Positions 29,067 through 41,371 of a DNA stretch of 64,000 nt are shown here, piece by piece. This DNA comes from Octopus vulgaris (lineage: Eukaryota): NCBI GenBank assembly GCA_951406725.2, contig OX597817.1, positions 70,432,001-70,496,000 on the forward strand, read 5' to 3'. Every line of letters begins with the position of its first letter. Positions within the stretch are counted from its first letter, which is position 1. The translations under genes and the position numbers were made by a program. The notes beneath the pieces are model-generated. The model made no database searches, was not told where the DNA came from, and saw nothing but the letters and a program-made list of their open reading frames with translations.

Positions 29067-29185
29067 TGCTTACAGCACTTAGGTTTCCCAAGTGGTTACC
29101 CATCTAAAAACTAAGTAGGTTCAACGTTGCATAGCTTTGGTGATCAGATGGGAAGTGATGCTTTCAACATGATATGGCTATAAGG
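29067..29185 (-). pseudogene. 5S rRNA pseudogene
   Basis: 119-nt minus-strand sequence ccttatagccatatcatgttgaaagca...tgatcaccaaagctatgcaacgt...gatgggtaaccacttgggaaacctaagtgctgtaagc is colinear with metazoan 5S, with many CpG-type substitutions. Confidence 0.88.
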
Positions 29186-29411
29186 ATATATATGTTTGTT
29201 CATGTGTTTCAGTCATCTGACTGCGGCTATGCTGGAGCACCGCCTGAAAGGGATTTAGCTAAAGAAATCAACCTATTCTTTGCAAGCTTAGTACTTATTC
29301 TAATGCCCTCTTTTGCCAAACCCCTAGGTTACAGAGACATAAATAAACCAACATCGGCTACCAAACGATGGCAGAGGTAGGATAACCACAGACACACATA
29401 CACATAAATAT

Positions 29412-29448
<37 letters not shown>

Positions 29449-29451
29449 CAC

Positions 29452-29503
<52 letters not shown>

Positions 29504-29727
29504 TCATGTATGACAAAGCTGGCCCTTTGAAATACTGGTACAACAGAAACAGAAAGAAAGAGAGAAAGTTGTGGTGAAAGAGTACAGCAGGGTTCGCCAT
29601 CACCTCCTGCTGGAGCCTCGTGGAGCTTTAGTTGTTTTCACTCAATAAACACTCACAACGCCCAATCTGGGAATTGAAACCACAATCCTACGACGGTGAG
29701 TCTGCTGCCCTAACCACTGGGCCACCA

Positions 29728-29784
<57 letters not shown>

Positions 29785-30441
29785 GTAAATGAAAGACGGA
29801 AGATGGAATATATAAGAATTTATAATATATATATATATATGTATGCATGTATTTATACACACATGTATATACTATAGGTAGCCTTCAGTTTCCATCGACC
29901 AAATCCACTCACGAGGCATTGGTTGGCCCAAGGCAATAGTAAGAAGACACTTGCCCAAGGTGCAATGTGGTGGAGCCAAACCTGAAACCATGCTGTTGGG
30001 AAGCAAGCATTTTACCACACAGCCATTGCTGCACCTATATGCATATATATATTTATATATATATATGTATGTGACAGTATATGCGTCAATTCAAGGCAGC
30101 ATATACACCTACACACATATCTATATATCTTTACACACACAGACACACACACACAGAATGACATGAAAGAGGAAGGTGTTGGATGATAGCTGCAAGGCAG
30201 AATGTGGAAGGGTGTAGGTATAACAAGAATATATGAATGAGCATGGAGAAAGGGGAGTGTTCATAAGAGCAAACCTGCATGACTTTGTATGTGTGTGTGT
30301 GTGTGCATACACACACACACATATTATTCAAACACTCATGTATATATATAAATACATATACACACATAAATACACATATGTATATATTTGTATACATAAA
30401 AATACATATGTACATATATAATACATATATACGCACACACG

Positions 30442-30490
<49 letters not shown>

Positions 30491-30647
30491 CTGTATATGC
30501 ATATATAACTGTATATGCATATATACATAAAGACATTATACATGTATACATAAAACACAAAGAGAGGGAGAGGAAGAGAAGGTATACAAAAGGAATTGAA
30601 CCCAATACAAACAATTTTACTTCATAATAGCTTCTTTATATATATAT

Positions 30648-30678
<31 letters not shown>

Positions 30679-31208
30679 AACACGTTTGTGTGTGCATGTG
30701 TATCTGGAGAAATTAAGTGTGTGGAGGGAATATGTGACATGGAAAAATGGTGGATCAGTAATTTTTTTTTAAGTAGCAATAAGAGGAAAAGGAGAGAGAG
30801 ACAGCATATGAGTAGGATGGGAAGTGAGAGAGAGAGAAAGAGAGAGTGTGTGTGTAAGAGAGGCAGTAAGAGGGAGCATATTGAGAAATGCTCAAGAAAA
30901 AAAGAAGAGAGAGAGAGAGATAACATGAGAGTAAGGGAATAAAAAAGGCTAGACTGAGGAAAGAGTGCATAGGAGGAGGAGTAGAGATAAAGTGAGAGAG
31001 ACGGAATCAGACAGGCAGAGAACGTTAGAATGTGGCAAAAAGGGAGAGATAGTGAGTTCATAGAGAGCGTTGGAGGAATGATGAAGTGTGAGATATATTT
31101 TGTAAGAAAACAATATGTAACACCAACGTTATGTGAGAAACAGGGAGGAGGAGGAAGAGAAGTCGTAGTATGAGTGCATATGTACATGCATATCTCTGAG
31201 GGTGTCTG

Positions 31209-31267
<59 letters not shown>

Positions 31268-32461
31268 ATGTCTCTTTCCCTCTCTGGGTAGAGTTAGGGT
31301 TAAGAAGTTCTCTTGCAACCTCCTGGTTTTCAGATTAATTTGATAATTTGACTGTCCACCACCTTTGGCAAGTGTCTTTTACTATAACCCTGGGCTGACC
31401 AATGCCTTTCAGAATCTGATAAGTGAAAACCTTACACAAGACCATATATATATTTTCTTTCATAGCTTCAGCTCGAGGGGTGTGTCCAAAAAAATATGTA
31501 TATACATATAAACCTTTCAGGCAAGATGACAAAGGACTGGCAGCAAGCTCGCAGAAATGTTTAGCGGTATTTCGTGTGTTGTTACATTCTGAGATCAAAT
31601 TCCACCGAGGTCAACTTTGCCTTTCAGTCTTTCAGGGTCAATAAATTAAGTACCAGTTGCATACTGGGGTCGATCGAGATGACTGGCTCCCTCCCCAAAA
31701 AATTTCGGGCCTTGTGCCTAGAGTAGAAAAGAAAAGAGGACAAAGGATTGAGATGTCTGGTGCCTTGCTGTACTGAAGAAACCTGTTCTCCACAGCAGAA
31801 GTGTTAAGACTGATTCCTCTGGTGGTATAAAGCAGTCATGGTGGTGCCATGTAGAAGTGCCCATGCAGTGCCAAGTAAAACTGCTTGTGTGGTGCCACAT
31901 AAAAGCACCTGTACATGGTCATGTAAATGCACTTAGCAAACTCTGTAAAGTGGTTGGCATGGACAACGGACGTTAAATGATGATAATGATGGTGGTGTCA
32001 GCCACACATACATAGTGTATTTATTTTGTTTATATGCCAAATTTTTTGCAGGTTAGAATCCAGAGAAAGCTCCTTAAATGATGCTGAGTATTAAAGAACA
32101 CCTGAATGTCACAGACCAGGCAACAAGAATGGTAGATAGTGATATTTCACCATAATTGCAGCTTATCAGTACAATGTCCTCGAAGATCATGTTGAACAAA
32201 GTCAATCACTGATCTATGACTTATATGCAAATAGAGTGAATCCTATTAGCTTATGTGCTGGGGCATAGCACGTGTGAAAGAAAATTAAATTACAAATTAA
32301 AAGCAGCTCTAGCAATGTTAAACATTATCAGTCGCATATACATAATGTGTGTGTTTTGTTTGGAATTGGAATTGAGTTGTTCAACAAAATTTCTTCAAAG
32401 CAGTGCCCCAACATAGCTATTCTAATAGCTGGAACAAGTAAAAGATAAAAGGCAAAAGACT

Positions 32462-32657
32462 GGCCCTCTTGCCGGTGGCATGTAAAAGCACCCACCACAC
32501 TCTCAGAGTGGTTGGCGTTAGGAAGGGCATCCAGCTGTAGAAACTCTGCCAGATCAGATTGGAGTCTGATGCAGCCATCTGGTTTGCCAGACCTCAGTCA
32601 AATCGTCCAACCCATGCTAGCATGGAAAGCAGACATTAAACGATGATGATGATGATG
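32462..32657 (+). mobile_element. RTE 3'-tail copy (5'-truncated LINE or tail-only element)
   Basis: Colinear with 38170-38372 including the (gat)n end; also at about 6845-7037, 1490-1670, 21120-21450 (-) and 25000-25330 (-). Confidence 0.85.
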
Positions 32658-33159
32658 AAAGGATGATATGCATGTATGTGTGAGTATGCATATATGTATC
32701 TGTGCATGTCACAAGATCTAAGATTAAGTCTGATTGTATGGTACCTTGGGCAAGTGTCTTCTAGTATAGCCCTGGGTTGACCAAAATCCTATGAGTGGAT
32801 TTAGTAAATTTGTGGTGACTCTTACTGTCTTTTTGCCTTGGCATCAAGTAAAAGTTGTAAATGAATATCATCAACATACCAGCAGTGCCTTTTATTCCCA
32901 ATCTTCCATAAAAGCATATCTGGTCCTGGGAAATATTTCCAATACTTGGAAATAGGTGAGAGATAGCAACAGGAAAGGCTTCCTATTGTAGAAAAGCCAC
33001 CTCAATAAATTCAGTCTGATCCATGCAAGCATGGAAAAGTGGACATTAAACAATGATGATGATGAGACAGACAGACTGACAGGCAGACAGACAGATAGAT
33101 ATAGAAGAGTTGTTTGCTTCATACTCCTCATGTGCCGATTCTGCTCTTTGAGTGGATTG

Positions 33160-33197
<38 letters not shown>

Positions 33198-33202
<5 letters not shown>

Positions 33203-34345
33203 CGATTCTGCAATTTAAATTCCCAGTTCAACTTACTTTCTTCTTCAATTTCAACTCCCGCTCGATGACCGCAGCAAGTTCTTAAAAATTTATCTTACTA
33301 TATTTTTTTTTTTTTTTATTCGTTGTTACTACGTTTATTCATACACTGTTACGAAAATTTAACCTTTTTTAGGCTACTTTCAAGCCTTCGCCATAACTTG
33401 ATTTATCTTCCTATCTCTCTCTCTACAATATTTAACCGTAGGCTGCCTCAAGCCGTAATCCCATCTTTTCCCATCTTTCAGCCATTGGCGGTCTTCTTTT
33501 TCCTCCTCTTCTTCTTCATATGCTAAAACTTGAAAACCGCCATTACTATTACTATTACGATTCTGCAATTTAAATTCCCAGTTCAACTTACTTTCTTCTT
33601 CAATTTCAACTCCCGCTCGATGACCGCAGCAAGTTCTTAAAAATTTATCTTACTATATTTTTTTTTTTATTCGTTGTTACTACGTTTATTCATACACTGT
33701 TACGAAAATTTAACCTTTTTTAGGCTACTTTCAAGCCTTCGCCATAACTTGATTTATCTTCCTATCTCTCTCTCTACAATATTTAACCGTAGGCTGCCTC
33801 AAGCCGTAATCCCATCTTTTCCCATCTTTCAGCCATTGGCGGTGCGCCCGCCCCCACCCCCACCACCAATACCGTTGAACACTGTTCTCACCCCCACCAC
33901 CAATACCGTTGAACACTGTTCTCACCCCCCCCCCCACCACCAATACCAGTATACCCCGTTCTCTCCATCTACACCGGATACACCTTACTCATCTACACTG
34001 GGTACGCCCTACTCCCTCCTCCTCCCCCCACTACCACTTCTCCTCATATGCTTAAGACAAGCTGCTAGCGCCATAGCTCATCAACTGCCCACCGATCTTA
34101 CGCTTCCTCCTGACACTGCCTCAATCCGACCATCCCCTTTTAGTACCCTCCCGCCTCGTCAATCCGACCATCCCCTTTTAGTACCCTTCTCCTCATATGC
34201 TTAAGACAAGCTGCTAGCGCCATAGCTCATCAACTGCCCACCGATCTTACGCTTCCTCCTGACACTGCCTCAATCCGACCATCCCCTTTTAGTACCCTCC
34301 CGCCTCGTCAATCCGACCATCCCCTTTAGTACCCTCCCGCCTCGT
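33198..34345 (+). repeat. Nested tandem duplications forming the RTE 5' region
   Basis: ~295 bp x2 (33198-33492, 33553-33843); ~33 bp x2.5 (33858-33948); ~149 bp x2 (34038-34335) with internal ~37 bp subrepeats. Confidence 0.9.
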
Positions 34346-34531
34346 AATATCCTACGTTTTTATTTCTTAGGAACCTACACCAACCCTTCCTGCCATCGTT
34401 CCTCCTTACCCCAACCTTCCCCACTGGTTGCTCCCCTATATTACCCGCCTCAACTGGACCTCCCCAACTCAACTCTAGAATATCTGTATTTCTTTCCTCT
34501 ACCTAATTACGTTACTCAGTGACGATAACAA

Positions 34532-34717
34532 ATGTCCACTGCTAACACCAGCTCCTGCCCACGGCGTGGTCAGGTTGGAAGAGAGATCAAAAGAAAAATA
34601 CCACGAAAACTATCACCACCACTACAACCCTCCTCTTCTCAGGCGCCGAATCCCCCTGTCCCCCCCACATCTCCTTCCCAGTTTTCAGAGTTGGCACTAT
34701 CAATGTTGGTACATTGA
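34532..34717 (+). CDS. Short ATG-initiated upstream ORF (61 aa) overlapping the RTE main ORF in another frame
   Basis: ATG at 34532, stop overlaps the main ORF; short overlapping first ORFs are described for RTE elements; could instead be a frameshifted true N-terminus. Confidence 0.45.
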   Translation: MSTANTSSCPRRGQVGREIKRKIPRKLSPPLQPSSSQAPNPPVPPTSPSQFSELALSMLVH

Positions 34718-37510
34718 CAGGCAAGTCTAGTGAGATTGTAGAGATGCTAGAGAGAAGACAGGTTGATGTATGCTGCATACAAGAGGTAAGATGGAGAGAT
34801 GCTTCGGCTAGGGTCCTCACGGGCAAGGCACTTAGATACAAACTCTACTGGCAAGGTAACGCGGAAGGTGTAGGGGGTGTAGGCATTCTCCTTGCGGAGG
34901 AATGGGTGGATAAGGTCATAGAGGTTGTCAGGGTTTATGATAGAGTGCTTAAGCTCAGGTTGGTCCTACAGAGTGGCACAGCTATGATTATCTCAGCCTA
35001 TGCCCCACAAGCGGGACTACCAAATAATCAGAAGGACAACTTTTATGATACCCTTCTGCAGGCTACTTCAAAGACTAGTAACAAGGACCTCATCTTTGTA
35101 GGTGGAGATTTTAACGGGCATGTTGGGCGGGAATCGGGTATCTTCACTGGGGTACATGGTGGATATGGTATTGGCACCAGAAATGATGAGGGAACTAGAC
35201 TACTGGAATTCTGTGATGCATGTAACCTTTCAATCTGCAACACTAACTTCAAGAAGCCAGTCTGCCACCTTATAACTTATCAGTCAGGAGACTCCGCTAG
35301 CCAAATAGACTTCATCCTCACCAGACAACGGGATGCAGGGTTGCTCTTGAATACAAAGACCCTCCCGGGTGAAGAATGTATCCCTCAGCATAGACTAATC
35401 ATCAGTGACTTTAAGCTTGAGGCCAGAAGGACTCCAAGAAACAAACCAATCCAGAAAAGAAGGATTTGGAGGCTAAAGAACCCTTCGCATGGTCAGAAAT
35501 TTAGGGACATACTCATCAAGAAATTTGATGAGAGGGAAGAGGAGCTTCAGACGTCAGACATAGAAGGTAGCTGGGAATTCCTACGGGACAGCTTGCTGAG
35601 TGCCACAGACCAAGTTTGTGGATGGTGCAAAGTCCCTTCCAGACCTAGAATTACGTGGTGGTGGAATAGTGCAGTAGATAAAGCCATCTGTGAAAAGAGA
35701 CGGGCCTGGAAAGCCTGGAAGGATGGGGGCAGCAGGGAACTGTACCAGATAGCCAAAAGGGAGGCTGGGCGGCAGGTATACATTGCCAAAGATGTAGCAG
35801 AAAAGAAGAAGTTTGCCAATGTCCAGCGTCGCGAGGATCAAAGAGCTGAAGTATTTCGGATTGCCAGACAGTGTGTCAGAGAAAATAGCGATGTTATAGG
35901 AGAGAAATGTGTCCGCATGGATGATGGGGCACTTGCTTTTACTACTAGTGAAAAGAAAGAGGCTTGGAGAAGCCATTATGAAAGACTGCTAAATGAGGAG
36001 AATGAATGGGAGGAGGAGAGCCTGCCAAATGTTGACCCAGTAGAGGGACCAGCTACCCGAATAGACAGCTCCCTTGTAGATAAGGCAATTAAGGATATGA
36101 AACCAGGCAAAGCCCCTGGCCTATCAGGAATCACTGCTGAGATGCTTAAAACAGCTGGCTATGTGGGCCATGCCATAGTCACCCGCATTGTAAACCAGGT
36201 AGTTCACAATGGAGCCATACCCAATGACTGGTGCAGCAGTACCATAGTCAACTGCTACAAGGGAAAGGGTGATGCTCTAGATAGAAATAACTACAGAGGT
36301 ATCAAACTGTTGGACCAGGTGATGAAGGTCTCAGAGAAGGTCATAACCAATCTCATTAGGGAGAGAATTTGTTTAGATGAAATGCAGTTCGGTTTTGTAC
36401 CAGGTAGAAGCACCACTGATGCTATATTCCTGGTCCGACAACTGCAGGAGAAGTACCTAGCTAAAGATAAACCCCTCTACATAGCTTTTGTAGACTTGGA
36501 GAAAGCCTTTGACAGGGTTCCCCGTTCCCTTATCTGGTGGTCGATGCGGAAACTGGAGATTGAAGAATGGCTAATAAGGGCTGTACAGGCTCTATACAGA
36601 GAGGCTGTTAGCAAGGTTAGGATTGGCAACGAATATAGTGAAGAATTCCGAGTAGAAGTAGGTGTGCACCAGGGCTCAGCCCTCAGTCCCCTTTTGTTCA
36701 TCATAGTCCTTCAAGCAATAACAGAGGAATTCAAAACGGGATGCCCCTGGGAGCTCCTCTATGCCGATGACCTAGCTCTCATAGCAGAATCACTACCGGA
36801 ACTAGAAGAGAAATTTCGGGTATGGAAGCAAGGGTTGGAATCAAAGGGCCTTAGAATAAATGTAGCAAAGACCAAAGTATTAGTAAGCAGCAAGAGGTAC
36901 TCAACACACATCCCCTCGGGTAGGTGGCCCTGCTCAACCTGTAGGAAAGGTACAGGTAGAAACTCCATAAGATGCACCCAATGTAAGTTATGGACACATA
37001 AGAGGTGCAGCAACATTAAAGGGAAATTAACAGATAAGATAGCTTTCATGTGCGGCAGATGCACAGGGACAATAGACACAACAGACACTCAGAAAACAGA
37101 TTCCATCACACTCCAGGGAGAGAAACTAGAAGTAGTTGATAGTTTCCGCTACCTGGGAGACCAAGTTAGTAGCGGAGGTGGATGCACAGAGAGTATCACC
37201 ACTAGAATACGAATAGCCTGGGCAAAGTTCAGAAAGCTCCTACCCCTACTGGCAACAAAAGGCCTCTCCCTCAGAGCAAAAGGTAGATTATATGATGCAT
37301 GTGTGCGAACTGCCATGCTTCACGGTAATGAAACATGGGCTGTGACTGCAGAAGACATGCGTAGACTTGAAAGAAATGAAGCTAGCATGATCCGCTGGAT
37401 GTGTAGTGTCAGTGTGCATGCAAAACAGAGTGTAAGTATCCTGAGAGAAATGCTGGATATAAGAAGCATCAGATGTGGTGTGCAAGAGCGACGCTTGCGA
37501 TGGTATGGTC
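34714..37510 (+). CDS. RTE ORF, N-terminal part: apurinic endonuclease + reverse transcriptase + PHD-type finger (interrupted at 37510 by a SINE)
   Basis: APE motifs (RVGTINVGTL just upstream of the TTG, CIQEVRW, GGDFNGHVG, SQIDFIL, PQHRLI); RT motifs (NYRGIKLL, QFGFVPGRSTTDAIF, FVDLEKAFDRV, GVHQGSALSPLLF, YADD at 36760-36771, FRYLG). Frame is open from 34546 with no in-frame ATG before the first APE motif. Confidence 0.95.
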
Positions 37511-37763
37511 TGGCAGAAACGTTAGCACGCCGGACGAAATGCGTAGCCGTATTTCGTCTGCCGTTACCTTCTGAGTTCAAATTCCGCCGAGGTTGACTTT
37601 GCCTTTCATCCTTTCGGGGTCGATAAATTAAGTACCAGTTACGCACTGGGGTCGATAAATTAAGTACCAGTTACGCACTGGGGTCGATATAATCGACTTA
37701 ATCCGTTTGTCTGTCTTTGTTTGTCCTCTCTGTGTTTAGCCCCTTGTGGGTAGTAAAGAAATA
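37511..37763 (+). mobile_element. SINE (family D) inserted in the RTE ORF
   Basis: Matches copies at 3348-3574, 10353-10584 and 22824-23047; flanked by ggtc/ggtc; internal 32-bp tandem duplication at 37616-37679. Confidence 0.92.
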
Positions 37764-38138
37764 GGTCATGTGCTGCGGATGGATGAAGAGAGATGTGTGA
37801 AGAAGTGCCACTCCCAAACAGTTGAAGGTATCAGGGGGAGAGGTAGACCCAGGAAGACATGGGATGAGGTGGTCAAGCATGACCTCAGAGCGTTGGGCCT
37901 CACTGAGGCAATGGCGAGGGACCGGGATCTCTGGAGATGTGCTGTGACTACAAGGACCCGGGCTGCTTTCTGCAGCGGTTCCACATGCCCCCTACCCATT
38001 CTAAGTACCCCCCCTACCCATTCTAAGTACCCCGGATCCCCAAAGTACCCCGGATCCCCGAGGTGCCCTGGATCCCCAAAGTGCCCCGATCCCCAAAGTG
38101 CCCCGGACCTCGTTGCCCCCGTGCCGCTGACACGTTAG
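37764..38138 (+). CDS. RTE ORF, C-terminal part (GHVLRMDEERCVKK...RGRGRPRKTWDEVVKHDL...)
   Basis: Removing 37511-37767 rejoins RRLRWYG|HVLRM in frame, giving about 1055 aa from 34714 to the stop at 38138. Confidence 0.9.
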   Translation, partial: GHVLRMDEERCVKKCHSQTVEGIRGRGRPRKTWDEVVKHDLRALGLTEAMARDRDLWRCAVTTRTRAAFCSGSTCPLPILSTPPTHSKYPGSPKYPGSPRCPGSPKCPDPQSAPDLVAPVPLTR

Positions 38139-40696
38139 AGTGCTCGAATCCGATCGTGACGATGCCGGACCCTCCGGCCCCTGTGCAGGTGGCACGTAAA
38201 AAGCACCCAATCCACTCACGGAGTGGTTGGCGTTAGGAAGGGCATCCAGCCGTAGAAACTCTGCCAGATTCAGACTGGAGCCTGGAGCGGCCCCTGGCTT
38301 CCCAGACCCGGTCAAACCGTCCAACCCGTGCTAGCGCGGAAAGCGGACGTTAAACGATGATGATGATGATATATATATCATCATCATCAAAGCTTAGCCA
38401 TTACTCACAAGCAAACATTAGCTTTTTCCATGCTTTCAGTGATATTGTTTTAGATGCATTTGTAGTTGTGAGTAGTCATAACAGCTTCTTGAACCTTTCA
38501 ACTTGGACCTCTCACTCAGGGGAACTCAAAGAAGTGACGACTACCAGAGAGAATGGGCCACACCAGCTGACTGTCAAAGCAGCCCTCTTCCTCTCTCCTT
38601 CTCTCTCTCTACTGAGCTGTCACCTTGTACTTAATTTTACAAGGTGGTGCTCCAGCATCACTTCATTCTAATGACTGAAACAAGACAAAGGTAAAAGATA
38701 GGCATAAATTTCATCTTGACATTTCATTGGAAACTTCATCAAGAGCTTTGTTAACAAGAATTTGCACCAGCTTGTCAACAGCTTTCTAATTTATGTTAGA
38801 GGTCATTGAGACCATTTGGAAAGTGTTATGTGCAATACAAGGTGGAGGAGGTGTAAGTTATAGTATGAGTGCATATATGCAAGTATATCTCTGAGTGCAT
38901 CTGTGAGTGTGTGTCTTTCAGGTATTGTTACTTGATGACACATACACTTCTATCTGCTGTGACAATGTGTGAAACACTCATATGTACTCAGTTGTAGATG
39001 TTGGTTTTTCAAATAACTTCAGTTGCAATCTGAGTTTGGAAATGGAGGGTGCAGTGTTGGTGCATCAGGTAAGAGTAAAAGAAATGATACTGAAAGCAAC
39101 CATGAAAGCCAGCAAGATCAACCCAAACTCATGGAACGGATCTTGATCAAGACAAATCTGCACAGAAGGAAGCAAGTATTAGAGTTTCGAAGGTTTTTGA
39201 ATTATGTATCTCTATAGTAGAGACCAAAAAGGAAACCTCACAAATCAAACCATAACAACTCTGGTATTAGTAAACATCAGTGTGTGGTCTGTGACAAATA
39301 TTTCTCCACCAGAATAGGCCATTTCAGTTACAGCAGAACACACAAACGAGCATTGCTTTTCTTCCATTTTTCATTATTTTCTAATTTATTTATTTAATTT
39401 TTTAAAATATTTTTTCTGCAGCTGCTGGGTCATCACCAGACAACAGATGAAGTATCATCATAAATATGTTAGTATGTATACTTGTATGATAACAGAGAGT
39501 ATATATATGTGTGTCAACATGAGTATATTTGTTAGTATGTATGTGTGTGTGTGTGTGTGCAGTAAAAATGCATGTGTACATACATGTACAGGATTTGTTT
39601 AAATCGAGAGATGAGAGACAAAGACAATAGGGGAGAAAGAGAAGGGAGGAAGAGAGAGAAAGAGACCTTTAAGAGAATCACCGAAACAGCAAATTAGATG
39701 ACGAGAAACAACAAAAAAGAGGAGTATTCAAGATATGTGAACAAACCTCAGCGTGTACAGGGGAGAAAAGTTTTATGAGCATCTGAGACTAAAACAGACA
39801 GATATGCAGAGAGAGAAAGGTGATGAGATACAGATACAGAGTGAGAGATAGTGCAAGAGACAGGATGGATAGCAGATAGTAACATGAGTAACCAACACCT
39901 CCTACCTTTCACTATAATGCAGACATCCCCTACATTATAGATATCTCAGGTTACATGATTTCATGCTTATGAAAACTGTAGAGTATGACCACTAATTTCA
40001 GGATATAGTTTGCAATTTAGCCCTAATGAAACTCAAATGAATTTTAAGAATTTTAAGCTACACTTTCTTCTCAGACAAAAGGTTGCTACTAAAGTGTTTT
40101 AGTGAAGATCAAAGTAAAGATAGCAATTTGAAAAATAATATTCAGGATACATATATACAGATGCAGGGCAGGGTGATACAAGTGTTTGTATATGTGACAC
40201 AAAAACCATCTTCGGAGTGCAAAGTGGTATTTTTCACCATAAATATTTATGTGCATAATGTAAATGTTTTCTTGGGTCACAAAGAGTATCAATCTATCTA
40301 TCTTTCTAGGCATGAATACATCTATAAACACATACAGGGAGCCAGCCATAGAGATCATGCCAAAGCTGATAATGAGGCTTGATGCAGCCCTAAAACATGC
40401 CAGATTCTGGAAAATGGACATTAAATGATGTTGCGGTTTATATCAAATCACAAACCATGAAAAAAACATTCTTCACATTGCTCATAAGTGACCAGGGGAC
40501 ACTCATTCGAGTGTCCTGCTCGATTATAAGCAAGGTGCTACAAAAAAAGAATGTTTTAGAGTCCTGCTCACTTACAGGCAATGTGCCACAAGTGAGAATG
40601 TTTTTTTCGTGGTTTGGGATTTAACTACCTTCTTTAGCATGTAAGAAGCCCACATGGTGGTCTTCTCTCCATGGATGAATATTTATACACTCTTAT

Positions 40697-40753
<57 letters not shown>

Positions 40754-41371
40754 TTGTATACGTATTAATACATACACATATATATGCATGCATACAAATA
40801 TGTATCAGAAATATATATATATATATATAGACACATACATGTATATAACACATACATATACATATATGTGCATAAATATATACATATATATAGACACATA
40901 CATGTATATAACACATACATATACATATATGTGCATAAATATATACATTTTTTTTTTTTTTTTTTTGTACTTGTTTCAGTCATTTGACTGCGGCCATGCT
41001 GGAGCACCGCCTTTAGAGTGGTGAAAGAGTACAGCAGGGATCACCACCATCCCCTGCCGGAGCCTCGTGGAGGTTTTAGGTGTTTTCGCTCAAACACACA
41101 CAACGCCCGGTCTGGGAATCGAAACCGCGATCCTCCGACCGCAAGTCCGCTGCCCTAACCACTCGGCCATTGCGCCTCCACATATATATAAATACATACA
41201 TATTCTTCCTCTTTTATTAAATTCAGACCAAGAGCTGCAGTCATACTGGGGTTCTACTCTTACCTTTGCTACACTTGAAATCAATAGAAAATACGACTCT
41301 TAATTTCAACCATCCAACCCATGCTAGCATGGAAAGCGGATGTTAAACGATGATGATGATGATATATATAT

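Larger units (their letters stand above)
33198..38372 (+). mobile_element. Near full-length RTE-clade non-LTR retrotransposon (LINE) inserted in (TA)n
   Basis: Repeat-built 5' region, APE+RT ORF, C-terminal RGRPRKTW motif, 3' UTR ending aagcggacgttaaac(gat)n; flanked by (TA)n on both sides, no unique TSD resolvable. Confidence 0.93.

Noticed and set aside
33674-34204. 176-aa Pro-rich ORF as a possible ORF1
   Set aside because: Non-ATG start, runs through tandem duplications, no RRM or zinc-knuckle motifs
37511-37596. Apparent C-terminus LAETLARR... of the 960-aa ORF
   Set aside because: Read-through into the inserted SINE, not native LINE sequence
37616-37688. Short direct repeats that might suggest a CRISPR array
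   Set aside because: Eukaryotic context, no unique spacers; it is a tandem duplication within a SINE
39023-39068. Possible micro-exon (ttcag|...|gtaaga); other splice-like sites near 22320, 32052, 39421 and 16355 (-)
   Set aside because: No consistent reading frame or recognisable product; such sites arise by chance; needs RNA-seq
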